Shown: piece by piece, positions 1 through 12,725 of the stretch
Position numbering within the stretch: the first letter of the stretch is position 1
Layout: the number at the start of each line of letters is the position of its first letter
NCBI RefSeq assembly: GCF_001447785.1
Contig: NW_015170275.1
Coordinates: forward strand, 115,511-179,510
From: Gekko japonicus
Taxonomy: Eukaryota
Direction of reading: 5' to 3'
DNA length: 64,000 nt
The notes under the pieces: generated by a model
Database searches by the model: none
What the model saw: the letters and a program-made list of their open reading frames with translations, nothing else
What the model was told of the DNA's origin: nothing
Translations under genes and position numbers: made by a program

Positions 1-152
1 TGACAAATTGTATAGGTATAACCAGAACACAGTCATTCATGTAATCAGTGTTGGAATTTTTGGAAACTGGTGTTCATTTCTGTTGCACAAAATACCAATG
101 TGGATATAATGGAAGCTGAATAATTGCTAATGCTAGCTAATAATGTGTTTAG

Positions 153-286
153 GACGTCTTTCTGTAAAGAACATGATTCCAGATCTGGGAAATCCCCTTC
201 ACAGACACTATCTCCTTCAGATTTTTTGGACAAATTAATGGGACGGACATCAGGTTATGATGCACGAATAAGGCCAAATTTTAAAG
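153..286 (+). CDS. GLRA2: Glycine receptor alpha-2, exon 2 (134 nt)
   Basis: tttag|G ACG TCT ... AAA G|gtaagc. Encodes (R)TSFCKEHDSRSGKSPSQTLSPSDFLDKLMGRTSGYDARIRPNFK(G), matching the alpha-2-specific N-terminus. Confidence 0.97.
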
Positions 287-2585
287 GTAAGCCCATTTTA
301 ATTATTTGGGAGTCTGTAATATACAAGTTGGGTTAAATTTACACAGAGGTTCTGAAGTGTATTAGTTTAGTCTTAGGCTTTTCTGCGGCCCTGTTCTCAG
401 AAGCATGTTCGTTGCACAATTATTCAAATGATTCTTTGCCATCACACAGACTGAACACCACAGAAACACTGCACAGATTAAAAAACACAATACTTTTCAG
501 TGGAGTCTGCTTGAACGTTGAGGTATAAGGTATCAAGGCCTGGTTCACAACTACATCCTCCATTTTCCTACACTTTGCTGCCGTACTCTTGAGGACTGTT
601 GTATGTGAATTAAGCTTCACTGAAAAGCAAAGTATCTGAGGTGGTGAAGTATATTCTATATGCAGTGTTAGGTCTGTGATGTTCAGTCACACAGGCAATT
701 TGTCACTTGTTGCAGCCATCAAATGATGAACATGTTCTGTGAACCAGCTGCAATTATTAAGTACTCAAGTGATATGATCTCAAGTGGTTGCCGTGCCATT
801 AGATCTGGTATTAGGTCTGTGAAGTTTTACTGGTTTCAGCAGATATATAATAATATTAATCTAAAGTAGCGTAGCTGAGACAATCAGCCTAACTGACGTG
901 GAAATATCTTGGAGAATTAGTACTCTGATGAGTTTCATCACATTCAGTCTATAATCTTGCACTATAAATGACTATTTAATTACATTCTATGTACCAATGA
1001 AACTTTTAAAAATTTAGATACTATACCAGGATGTGTTTAGACACTCTTATCAATAAATTACAGATTACTTTATAACTGGGCTCTGTTAAGTCCACTTGGA
1101 AGCTGGTGGTTATAAGCATATGAGTGCCAGATCAGGGTATAAAATGTATCTGTGAAATACCTGGAGAGAGGATATCATTTGTCACTTATTGATGATATGA
1201 ATTTATATTGTATTCAGTATTGTTTTCTAGTGTTGTTATAATTTAGATGTTTGTCATTTAGATCTGACCATGCCTGGTATGATACACTTGGGAATGAATC
1301 TGTTTCAGTGTCTACTGTTTCATCTCCAGAGTCGTAGACATCATCTAATTGAAAAAGTAGTGTTTTTTCTACTTTTGTTCTCTTATTATAAGCCTTGATC
1401 ATCTGAGCTATAGAAGACTGCTTTTCTGTATCTACTGAACTGTCTCCTTTTACAAGGAGGTCTAAACTGAACACATTCTGCTCTCCTGGAAAAGTAGCTG
1501 TAAAGTGTGCTTTTCTGCTTCTCAATCTCAAGTCTGTTCCCTTTCTGAATTCTTCATTCTGGTGTTCAGCATCTTTTGTTTCCTTTGACTTCTAGCTTGT
1601 TCCCCACTTATTCTTTTAAGGAACACTACTGAGAGACAATAAAGTGAAAGTTACAAAAATACAGGAATAAAATATGCACACATATAGAAAATTACAATTT
1701 AAGTGAAGAGCTGATTTTTCACACAGGATTTTGGGAATGAGCTTGCAATCACAGTTGATGAGGAGAGGGCACTTGGTATTTATTCATTAAGCAGGATCTC
1801 TGTGTCACCTGCAGATTTCATATTTATAGAGAAAGGCTTAAATGTGTATTTTCTTCTTTAAGTAACCATTGTGGCCATGTTTAACTTTTGTGTTTAGATT
1901 GTTTATGATAATAGGATTAAAGATATTTGTTATTTAAGATGGAAGTATTCAAAACTGATGGTAAAACAAGATCATCTGAAAACTTTTGAGTAGGTTTTCA
2001 TTCTGAATTGATCCCTTTCTCTAATACTTGTAAACATTTCTGCTTCATATTGTGCTTTGGAGATTTTAAAAAGGGTGCTTTCATAATGGAAAAGAAGGAA
2101 GAAGAATGCTTTTACCTTTTTTCATTCAGAAGACCAAAACATAAAAGGCAGTTTCTTTCATTGTGCTGCGTTATGTTACTCTAAGAGCATTCACGGTCTT
2201 CACTGAACAAAAACAGTCCCATAACACAAAGTGTACTTGCTCCTTTATCAACAGAACTGGATACTATGAAGGATACCACTTTATTTCTGCTACTGTTCTC
2301 TGAAACTAAGACAGTAACCACTCCCCATACTTAATCTTTAGAAGGCAGGCATGGTGTTTGTACATTTTAAAACTCTAATAACTGTAAACCTGTCATTTTG
2401 GGAGTCTGGCATCAAGACTGCATTACAACGTATATCTCATGGATCCATTTCAAGCTGGCTTATACACTTTCAGTGCAATCTATAGTCTAGCAGGTGTACA
2501 TTTGCATCTAGAATGTTTAATTACTGCTTAATGAATGAATATGACATTTCAACAAACCTGCATATTTAAATAAAAATATTCTCCA

Positions 2586-2794
2586 TAAGGTTGCCAACTC
2601 GCAGGTGGGGCTTGAAGTTCTCTCGGAGTTGCAACTGACCTCCAGATGAAAGAGATCAGTTTCCCTGAAGAAAATGGCTGTTATGGAGGGTGGACTCTAT
2701 GTCATTAAAACCCTCTGAGGGCTCCCCCCCCCCGCCTTCCCCATGCTGCACCCCTGGATGTCTAGGAATTCCCTAACCCAGAGTTGGCAACCTA
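2586..2794. mobile_element. hAT-type MITE (TAGGGTTGCCAA-TIR family)
   Basis: Termini TAAGGTTGCCAAC...GTTGGCAACCTA; degenerate 8-bp TSD attctcca/attatcaa; internal sequence shared with copies at about 7487, 15018, 16271, 27063 and 46395. Confidence 0.8.
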
Positions 2795-3490
2795 ATTATC
2801 AAGCATTTTAAGCATGAAAAGAGAGATTTTGTTTGTTTGCCTTTTGAATTACAGAAGACAATCATACGGGATTACTACTTAGTTCCAGGATAAATTAATA
2901 ACCATTTTGAACATTGTTTTGTAAAAAAAAAGTTGGTTAATGTTTATATATTCACCCAATGTTTTCTTTTTGTCTATAATACTTAAATGATGCTGCTGTT
3001 ATCACAGTTTCTCAAAAAATATGTTACTCTATACAACCCACTTAAAGATACAGCTGCCTTTGCTAATCCAACATGATGAGCCATAAAAGGCCCCAGTAAA
3101 TAAACCCTTCCCAGAACCGACCTCAGTCTCAGAACTGCTTAAAAATCTGTTAAACCCCATTTAATAACTCACATTTTCAATGCAAATCTTTCCAGACCTC
3201 ATCAGGTCCTTCTTTAGAGCTTCCATATCTCCTTCCTCTATTTGCCTTATTCATTTTTAGCAGTTTTTAGCAACTGCTTTCTAATCTCTTCCTGGACCCC
3301 TCTTGCACCTATAGAAAGCCCTCCCTCATTGTTCCATACCATATATTTTTTCCATTTGGGAAACATTTCTTACACTACCAAAGAAGAAAAAGAGGAGTCC
3401 ACATTGGCACTATTTAGTCACAACCCTAAAGAGCAAGGCCCTCTCTGTTTTAAAAAATAAAGGTCAAACCTTCTGCTTGAGTCTTATGAC

Positions 3491-3697
3491 CAATGTCCCC
3501 TCTAAGCTGAGTTAGTGTGAGTTAGCTCACAGTTTTTTTAGCTTCCGGCTCACATATTTTTGTCTTAACTCAGCATGGCTGGCTCCAGAGCAAACTAATT
3601 TATGCAATAGCCAGATCGCTCGCTCACAACTTTAATGCCAGTAGCTCACAAAGTAGAATTTTTGGTCACAAGACTCCACTGCTTAGAGGGAGCATTG
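3491..3697. mobile_element. hAT-type MITE (CAATGTTCCCTCTAAG-TIR family)
   Basis: Terminal inverted repeats; 8-bp TSD cttatgac/gttatgac; four copies in the window. Confidence 0.88.
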
Positions 3698-4559
3698 GTT
3701 ATGACTCTGTTAATGGCAGAGCCTTCTCGTGGTGCAGAGACCCTTATAGTAGAGGAGCAGACATCCTTGGCTGGCCACTGGCAGAATGGAACTCTGGGAT
3801 ACAACCCCATGTTCTTACACGCGCTGAGACACTTTAAGTCATCCTAAACAGGCTTGCTCAGAAGTAATTCCCATTTTTATTCAGTGCAGTCTACTCCCCC
3901 AGAAAGTCGTGGAGTGCAGCCTAATTTGCCCAGTATGGTCACACAAGAAAATATTTGCATTTTTTTTTTTAATGTCATGCTTCCCAATATGGCCTGGAAG
4001 CTGAATCCTGTGCATTATGTCAATGTGAGGTAATGGACTTTCCACCCAGTGGTGAGGTACATCTTCAGGCCTCGCTAGGTTTTATTCTGGTGGTGTGTGG
4101 TACCACAAATCTTACAAAACATGCTTGAGGCACTTTTATAGTGGCCATTTTTGGACTGTTTCCAAGCACTCCACAGGTGTTCCAGAATATACCACATTCT
4201 GCAAATCAGCTTAGGAGTCACAGTGAAATACAGAAACTAATCTCGTTCCACTAAAATGTGTTCACAATAGAACTGAGTAGCAGCCCCCCCCCCAGTTGCT
4301 GTTAAAGAAAAAGATTTATTCTGTTTGATTTTGAAGGTAATACTAAAGTCCTACTTATTACCTCAGGTGGGAAGCAGGTGACCTGATTGGGGAACAACAG
4401 GATTAAGCCTTTCCTACCTATTTTCAAGTCTATCTTTCCATTCCTAAGGATTAGAAACATATTTTTCTTAAAGGAAAAAAAATGGAAATTCTGAGGTTGC
4501 TGCATTCTATCCCCAATCCTGGTTTCTATGCTTGTGCAGTATACAAGCTATACTTTTGC

Positions 4560-4830
4560 CCCCCTCTACTACATTTTTATCCTATTCTGCTTTCCAGGGA
4601 GCTCATACATAGCTCTCCATTCCTTCATTTTACCCTACCAGTCACCCTTTGAGTTAGATTAGGCAGAGAGATATGTGACTGGCCCAACGGTCACTCTTCA
4701 AGGCTGACTATTTATTTATTTAGGAAAATTGTAAGCTGCCTCTCTAGAGCCTGCTTGAGGCAGCTAGATCTAAATTGTCGATTTAAAGTCCTGTCTCCCC
4801 ATTTTAAGCTCTCATATCACACCAGCACCA
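4560..4830 (-). mobile_element. Degenerate Squam3/MIR-like SINE remnant
   Basis: Reverse-complement similarity to the SINE at 11731 (gactggccca..gtcac, cattttaccct..accct). Boundaries approximate. Confidence 0.45.
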
Positions 4831-5166
4831 TGCTATGATGTGCAGTTTATACGCACATACACATACACACCCTTTTAAGCCTACTGATTTCAGTGGACTT
4901 AGAAGAGTGTAACTGTGATCAGGATGGCACTGTTGGTAATTTTAATATAAACACAAGTGGTTTAAGAAAAGAGCTAGATTGTATAGTATAGCCGAAAGGA
5001 GTATTCACAACTATTGGAAAATCTCCAAATTTTCCCATTATATCATTCGCACTTTAACAGTGTGATCCTATGCAGATTTCAAAGGGCTTAGACTGGAGTC
5101 ACTCTACATAGCATTACTTATCTCAGCATTCCCTGCTTAACTTCCAAAATCTGATGAGATCAGGCT

Positions 5167-5372
5167 CTGTGTTCCCTCTAAGGTGTGGAGTCTTGTGAGC
5201 AACAATCCTACTTTGTGAGCTAGTGGCATTACAGTTGTGAGCGAGCGATCTGGCTGCTGCATAAATTAGTTTGTTCTGGAGCCACCCTTCCTGAGCTAAG
5301 ATAAATATGAGTGAACTGGAGGTTAAAAAACTGTGAGCTAGTTCACACTAACTCAGCTTAGAGGGAACGCTG
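5167..5372. mobile_element. hAT-type MITE (CAATGTTCCCTCTAAG family)
   Basis: TIRs; TSD atcaggct/gtcaggct; opposite orientation to the 3491 copy. Confidence 0.88.
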
Positions 5373-7486
5373 GTCAGGCTATCCATTCACTTTTAAACCA
5401 AATAAAGTTCTTTGTTCTACAAGAGCTCTAGGGTAGTCTACATTTTTTTCTTCACATAGTTTAACAAAAGCACATGACACAGCAAAAAATTCTGATTGCC
5501 ATGTTTACCCTAGCTTCTTTCGTTTTTCTTAGCAGAAACAGTGTTACAGGGCACCTATACTGCACAGTTACATCCAGCCGGATGGATTTCCATTGGAGAT
5601 GAAAGGGCAATGAAGTGGTATGAATGTGATCTAGCATGGATTTCTATTGGCATATATTTGCATGATGATCATGCTTCCATTATGAAGCTGCCTTATAGTT
5701 GGACCATTGGTTCATTTTGCCTAGCATAGTCTGCTGCTCTGACTGGCTGCAGTTCTCTAAGGTCTCAAGCAGTTGTCTTAACTAATCTTGCTAGCTGTGA
5801 TCCTTTTCCACTGGAAACAGTAAGGATCAAACCGTGAACCTTTCTGCATGTAATGCATATGCTATACTATTGAGCTGAGTGCTGTAGATTATATGACACA
5901 CTGAAAATTTCCTCTGTTGGTATTTCTATGATCATTGGCAGGGAGAATATTTTTCCAAAACAAGGCTAAATCTCAGCACCATCCATCTTCCCTCACATCA
6001 AAAGCTGTAGGAATACATTTATTTGACAGTCATTTAGTGGTGATTTGCATTAAGATTCTCTCTGACTAGATGCTACAAGCTGGTATCTCCTGTGAAAAGC
6101 AGTGCAAAGAACCAAAGCAACTGGGCAGCTAGTATTTCCTAGTATGAGAAGTTCAGAATATAGTATGAAAGAAAAATGAATGCAGTCCTCCCTGAGATGA
6201 GGAAGACTCAGTCTGGACAGGGGGAAATAACACCATGCAAGAGAAGAAGCAGGTATATTCTTGAGACAGTAGAGTGACTCTGAGCAGACGCAAATTTAGC
6301 ATAATGATCAGAATTGGGTTAATTTGCATATTTTCAGACTGGACATAAGGATTTAAGTTTAGTTAACACAGTTAGATATTTTTTTTTACTCTAATTTTTT
6401 GGGACACCTGCTTTTAGTGGCTGCTATTCCTTTTCCTGTGTACAGTTACAGGAAGTCTGTTGGGATGTAATAAAAAGGCAGTTCATGCACCTCAGTATTG
6501 CACTACAAATACAACACTCTGTTTGGGTACCAGTACAGGTCATGATGGATGGGCTTGCACATGCATGTCTATCAGACAATAGTTTTTTATTTGATATCTC
6601 AGAGCTAAAGGCAAGAATCGCCTCCATGGGAAAGTAATGTGCTTGTGGAGGCACAGTGTGAAGTGATATGGAAGCCAGGTCTGAGTTTGATGTATGGTGG
6701 CTGTTTTGTGCATTCAGATGATTGTGATGCTCAAGTCATTAAACTTATATAGATGAACAGGGTGAGTTCCTTCACCCTGGGTTGGCTTGGCCATCTGTAT
6801 CATTCTGGCACGTGGTCAAATAGGATGCTGCCACACATCAGGGACAGGTGTGTAATGAAGTATATGGTACAATGGTTCTCACTCTCTACCTTTTGACTGA
6901 AGTGTGAAATCGCTTTCAAACCGTGCTTTTTGTTCCTTTAGTCTTGAGGGTTAATGCGGGGTGCAAAAACTAAGGAGGAATTGGATGCTATGCCTGTTTT
7001 ACACTGTGACCATTTTCCTAAGGGGGGAAAATGCTTTTCATAGATGCATGTCAGTGCTTTTCATAGATGCATGTCGGACCAACAATGCAATAGGTGCTGC
7101 TTTTATATCATTGCATTACTATGTGCTGCACCTGTTGAATTTCTGCCTTTTATGCAATTGTCCACTACACAAAGCTTTGGTCAAGAGTAAGAGTGATGTT
7201 TCAATTACTAAGGGAGGAAAAAAAATTACCACAGTTGTGTACCACTTGAGCAGCATATAATCTGACTAGCCAGCAGAGAACCAGGCTTTACCTTCTCTTA
7301 TGCATAACTGGGTGAAACAGAAAGCACTGGTCTAATACCTAGATCAGGAACTGCATGGGAAGCGATGGTTGTTGTTAGAAGTCCTTCCTGAAGCCAACTA
7401 TGGAGAGACTAGCCAGGGTAGTGATGATTGCTCTCTGCCTTGGGAGTCACATGTGGTTCTTCTGACATACACAATATGTGCCCACC

Positions 7487-7704
7487 TTGGGTTGCCAACT
7501 CTGACCTGGAAAATCCCTGGAGATTTGGGAGCAGTGCTCATAGAGGGGAGAATTTGAGGAGGGATTTTACTTAGAATCTATGATATACCATTGATTTTGC
7601 CCTCTAAAGCTGCCATTTCCTCCAGTGGAACTGATCTGTGTAGTCTGGAGATCAGTTGTAATTCTGGAAGATCTCCAGGCCCCACCTGAAGACTGGCAAC
7701 CCTA
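7487..7704. mobile_element. hAT-type MITE (TAGGGTTGCCAA family)
   Basis: GGGTTGCCAAC...TGGCAACCCTA termini; flanks share cccacc. Confidence 0.78.
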
Positions 7705-8849
7705 CCCACCCCAAATTTCAGGAAAGTGGGTAAGACTATGAGGCCATTGTTCAGTGAGGCTTGTGGTTCTCTGATGGTTGCAATCTTGAAACATCTGCCA
7801 CTGGAGGACAAGCAAGTTGCAAGTCTCCCTGAGGTGCGGGCCTCATGCCAGGAATAGAAACAAAGGGCCTATCCACTACCCTTCTCTGCAAACTCTGCGC
7901 TTGCCTCCTAGTACCCAGGCAGTTGTCTGCAGAGAAAAGAGTCAAATCACCATAACGACAGCAATCATTCAGCCAGGAAAAGAGAAAGCTGGCCACAGTG
8001 GCATGACAGTGGTTTTACTTCCCTTTCTCCTTGGCCTGTTCTGATCTCCTCCAGGTGCCAGAGCAATCTCACTCTCTCACCTGAGCAGCTGTGCCTCACA
8101 CTGGGACAGGGGAGAGCAAGTAGGCAGAAAGAGAAAAAAGGCGCACAGTCTCTTGAGATGAGAGGCTTCACAACACGGCTTGCTGGCTCACATCAAGAGC
8201 AGGCTTCCGCCATGGGCAGCCGGAGTACCCTTTATTTCCCTCACTGCCATCTCACCCTCTCCCTTGCATAAAGCAGAGCAACCTTGGCCATCTTGCCGTC
8301 ACCTGAGCTATAAGCCTTGTGTCAGGGAGAGAGAAAGAAGACAGCAAGGGAAATAAAGGATCACAGACTTCCAACTGTAGGAGTCTACTGTGAGACAGTC
8401 AACAAAGAAATGCTCCCGGTTCAACCTGAGTAGGCTCCTGCAGCAGGAAACCAGAGCAGCCCTTCTATCACTGCCTTCTTGCGGTCTTCCCCTCACACCA
8501 AGTATACAAGGGCTGATTGAGGTTCAACAGTGTGTGTACTGGGGCAAGACAACTCTACATGCTCATGGGTACTCTGCTAATTGAAAAGGTTATGATCATA
8601 GATATATATTTAATATGAGTAATTATTATTCGTATGCGTGTGTTCGGTGGGATGGTGTACAGGGCACTCAGTTGTAATGTGGCTCTTTTGGTGGGTGGTA
8701 ATTGTGAATGTGTCTCTTCATGAGTTGTGGAATTAGTAGCACGGCTTTACAAGACTAAGAAGAGGTGCATAAGAATGCAATGTATATATTTGAACAGAGC
8801 TATAAATTCAAAGTTATACATTCAAAGAAAGGAGGTGGCACATTGGGAC

Positions 8850-9860
8850 AAAATTATTCCAAAAAGTATAGGCTAACGGGGTCTGTCTGTCTGTCTAGTA
8901 CTGCTCTGAACTTGCTGAGACTGAGAGGGGAAAAGATCTTGGGGTCACAGTGGATAGTTCAATGAAAGTGTCAACCCAGTTTGCTGCAGCAGTGAAAAAG
9001 GCAAACTCTATGTTAGGGATTATTAGGAAAGGGATTGAGAATAAAACAGCCAGTATTGTACTCTATGGTGCGGCCTTATTTGGAATACTGTGCACGGTTC
9101 TGGTCACCATATCTCAAAAAGGACATTGCGGAGCTGGAAAAAGTACAGAGGGGACCAAGATGATTAGGCAGTTGGAACACCTTCCCTATGAGGAAAGGCT
9201 GAAGAGTCTGGGACTTTTCAGTTTAGAAAAGAGATGACTACAGGGGGGCATGATAGAGGTTTATAAAAATTATGCATGGGGTGGACAGATACAGAGCAAT
9301 TTCCCCCTCTCTCAAAATACTAGAACTTGAGGGGGAACAGTGAAGGTGATGGGCAGCAAGTTCAGGACAGACAAAAGGAAATACTACTTCATACAGAGAG
9401 ACCGATTCCCCACAAGCAGCTGTGCCACCCTCACTCTTCTGTTTCCCCCGCTTGCATTGGTCAATTTCACACTATTCCGTTGTGCGGCCGCATTTTGACC
9501 CACAGCTCCCTCCGATTTCCCCCATGTCTTCTCGATCCTTGTTTTTTTTAGATCGATATTCAAATGTGGAGTTTGCTGCCAGAGGATGTAGCGAGGGCCA
9601 CAGGAATAAAAACTTTGAAAAGGGGATTAGATAGATTCCTGGAGGATTAAGTCTATCAATGGCTACTATCCATGGTGGCTGAGGGGAGCCTCCACTTTCA
9701 GAGGCACTAATTCTACAAATCCTAGAGCCAAGAGGAAAGCTGTGGCCTCTATGCCCAGTTGTTGGTTGTCCTGTGGAACTGGTTGGCCACTATGTGAGAC
9801 AGGATGCTGGACACGATGGACCATTATTCTGATCCAGCAGGGCTATTCTTATGTTCTTAT
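8850..9860 (+). mobile_element. CR1 LINE 3' fragment
   Basis: ORF2 C-terminal peptides (AAAVKKANSMLGIIRKGIENK, LEHLPYEERLKSLGLFSLEKR); 3' UTR ending in a ttcttatgttcttat tail; an insert of about 160 bp near 9400-9560. Confidence 0.92.
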
Positions 9861-9863
9861 AAC

Positions 9864-10069
9864 CAATGTTCCCTCTAAGCTGTGGAGCGTTGTGAACAAA
9901 AATTCTACTTTGTGAGCTACTGGCATTAAAGTTGTGAGCGAGCGATTTGGCTGCTGCATACATTAGTTTGCTCTGGAGCCCTCCTTCCTGAGCAGAGACA
10001 AAAGTGTGTGAGCCGGAGGCTGAAAAATGGTGAGCTAGCTCACACCAACTCAGCTTAGAGGGAACACTG
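9864..10069. mobile_element. hAT-type MITE (CAATGTTCCCTCTAAG family) at the CR1 tail
   Basis: Perfect 8-bp TSD cttataac; TIRs. Confidence 0.92.
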
Positions 10070-11730
10070 CTTATAACCCACCTGGGAGCGAGTTATATCT
10101 GAATGCAGGTGGGGATTCACATGTTTTAATGACCTCCTCATAAAAAAAGTTCTGCATTTATGAAAAATAGCAGATCAAAAAGATAGCTAGACTAGAACCT
10201 TTTCCTGTGACATGCTAGCTTTACCCAGCAGTGGGTTTTTTAGTTTTTTTAAAAAAAAATGCAAACATGCAGCCTTCCACCAGCATGCTGAATCAGTACA
10301 GCCTCAGGAGAATTGTTAACATAATGTGTATGAATGTATAGTTCAACCCTTACACTGCAATTATGCATGATTATATTTCTATGTAAACAACACTCTCTTT
10401 TCTTTGTGTAACCATTGATACCCTCCAGGCCTTTTGGATAAATGAGGCTGAACTATATATAGTGTCTTCACTGCCAGAAAATGTAGTGACAGGGCTGTTA
10501 TTTCATGTTCTAGAATGACAATGTGCCCCAAGTTGCTCCTTCTGATGCAAAAGGGCATGTGAAAGTTACAGTGAGCTCTGTATTAGCAAGCAGCAATTTG
10601 GCTGTGTAAGGAGTGCAGTTATGAAGAAATCATGTCTGATTATAATTCATCTCTGGGTGTAATGTCATTTCATGCTGAGTCAATGCGTTTAAATCTGGAT
10701 AATAAACACACTGGACCAGGTCACTTATTTATAATTTACCCTGACAACAGTTTCAGATAATGGCTTTTGTGCTTTATCTTTCTGGCATTGGGAGTCAGAT
10801 ATTTTGCCAGGTTGAAGCCTATTGCTTTGTAATTTGCCAGTTGTTCAGAGAAAGAATTGATAACATAAACTACTTAGTGAAAGAAAAAGTAAAGTATTTC
10901 ATGGCAAGTCAATAATATAGCAAAACAGTTGTTGCATGAAAACAGTGAGGGGCAGTATGCCAAGTGAATTAAAAAGAAATTCCTTTATTTTTAAGAACAC
11001 TGAAATGTATATTGAATATTGATCTCCGAACATGAATCTGTGTAACTGGAGAATTATGGTCCTGATTTATATATTCATATGTCTGGCCTTCCAGTTTGCA
11101 TGGTGGAGAAAAGTATCCCCCCGCCCTTTTCTACTATGCACGCATGAACAGTAATGGAAGAGTTGTGTGTCCCCCACCCCCCGAACGTAATGAGCAACAA
11201 GCTGATTGGAGAAAAACACCATCCCTTTTTCTGAGGACAAAATGAATCACACAATTGGGCTGCACATGGATGCCCCTTCATATTTAATGTTACACTTATG
11301 GCAGAGAGAATGGAGGTGCACCAGTACCCCTCCACATGAATTGGAACAATCAGAATGTTTTAATCAGGCCTTACTTCCTAAGACTATGTAAAAAAGATTC
11401 ATGAAAGAAACACAGCATAAATATTGGCAGAGTCTACTTGGAATTTCTTCTGTGCACAGAGATATCCAGTCGTATCAATTGGATAAATCTTGTCATCTGA
11501 TTCATGTTACTATGGCAGCATTAAAAAATGCTTCCCCTGGTCTGGCTCCATCTTCCCAAAGGGAGAACTGGATCATGCAAAATCATCTCAAATCACATTG
11601 TTACTTTTAATACCAGCTAAATCTGACCACTAATATAAGTAAGGGTGATTATAGATCATACACCGTTTCATATTCCATTCAACCAGATCATGCTATTTTT
11701 ATCTATGGAGCCCAAATCGGTTGAGGCAAA

Positions 11731-11966
11731 GGCCAGTTTGGTGAAGTGGTTAAGAGCGGCAGATTCTAATCTGGAGAACCACATGTGATTCCCCACTCCT
11801 CCACTTGAGGCCAGATGGATGGCCTTGGGTCAGTCACAGCTCTCTGAGCTCTCTCAGCCTCACAGGATGTCTGTTGTAGGGAGAGGAAGGGAAGGTGATT
11901 GTAAGCCACTCTGAGACTCCAAGTGAAGGGCAGGGTATAAACCCAGCTCCTCCTCCTCCTCCTCCC
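11731..11966 (+). mobile_element. Squam3-like tRNA-derived SINE
   Basis: A-box-like TGGTGAAGTGG; body ttccccactcctccac...tgtaagccactctgag; (TCC)n tail. Confidence 0.75.
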
Positions 11967-12058
11967 TTACTATCCAGTCCACCCTTGCTCTCTGTACCCC
12001 CACCAGTAGAAGTTACAAAGTTAGCAAACAGATGCAGAGCCTTTTCTTTAGTGGCACC

Positions 12059-12261
12059 CAATGCCCCCTCTAAACTGTGGAGTCTGTGAGCAAAAATTCT
12101 ACTTTGTGAGCCACTGCCATTAAAGGTGTGAGTGAGCGATTTGGCTACTGCATAAATTAACTTGCTCTGCAGCCATCCTTCCTGAGCTGAGACAAAAATG
12201 TGTGAGCCGGAGACTAAAAAACTGAGCTAGCTCACACTAACTCAGCTTAGAGGGAATACTG
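12059..12261. mobile_element. hAT-type MITE (CAATGTTCCCTCTAAG family)
   Basis: Perfect 8-bp TSD gtggcacc; inserted in an L2-like remnant. Confidence 0.9.
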
Positions 12262-12529
12262 GTGGCACCTCACCTGTGGAATGCCTTCTCCCCCATAAAC
12301 CCTACACTGTTCTCTTTTAGGTTCCAGGATAAAACATTTCTACCCAGGGTTTTAACTAGGGTTTGATGTTTTAGTTTTTACGATGTGCTTCTAGCCTGAG
12401 GTCTGCTATGATGACCATTTAGACTGCCAAATACTTTATGCTTAGGATTCTGGGTTTTGTTGCTTTCTGTTTTTCAAGCTTTTTTATGTTTCTGGATTTT
12501 ATTGGCTGGTTTTTATTCAATGATATTGT

Positions 12530-12725
12530 ATGCTGGTTAGAGTGTCAGTATAGGATACGGAGGGCCCAGGTTTGAATCTCCACTGTACCATGGAAGCTTG
12601 CTGGGTGACCTTGAATCACGTACACATCCCAACCCAACCTACCTTACAGTTATTGTGAGAATAAAATGGAGGAGAGAACATTGTAAGCTGCTGGAGGGGG
12701 GGAGGGTATAAATGAAGTAAATATA
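12530..12725 (+). mobile_element. Squam3/MIR-like SINE, degenerate
   Basis: ggtttgaatc B-box-like; gctgggtgaccttg; acctaccttacag..ttgtgag core. Confidence 0.55.

Noticed and set aside
6446-6633. Sense-strand exon-like open frame of about 63 codons (LQEVCWDVIKRQF...)
   Set aside because: Weak donor, no recognisable homology, and not part of GLRA2; probably chance or an old transposon fossil.
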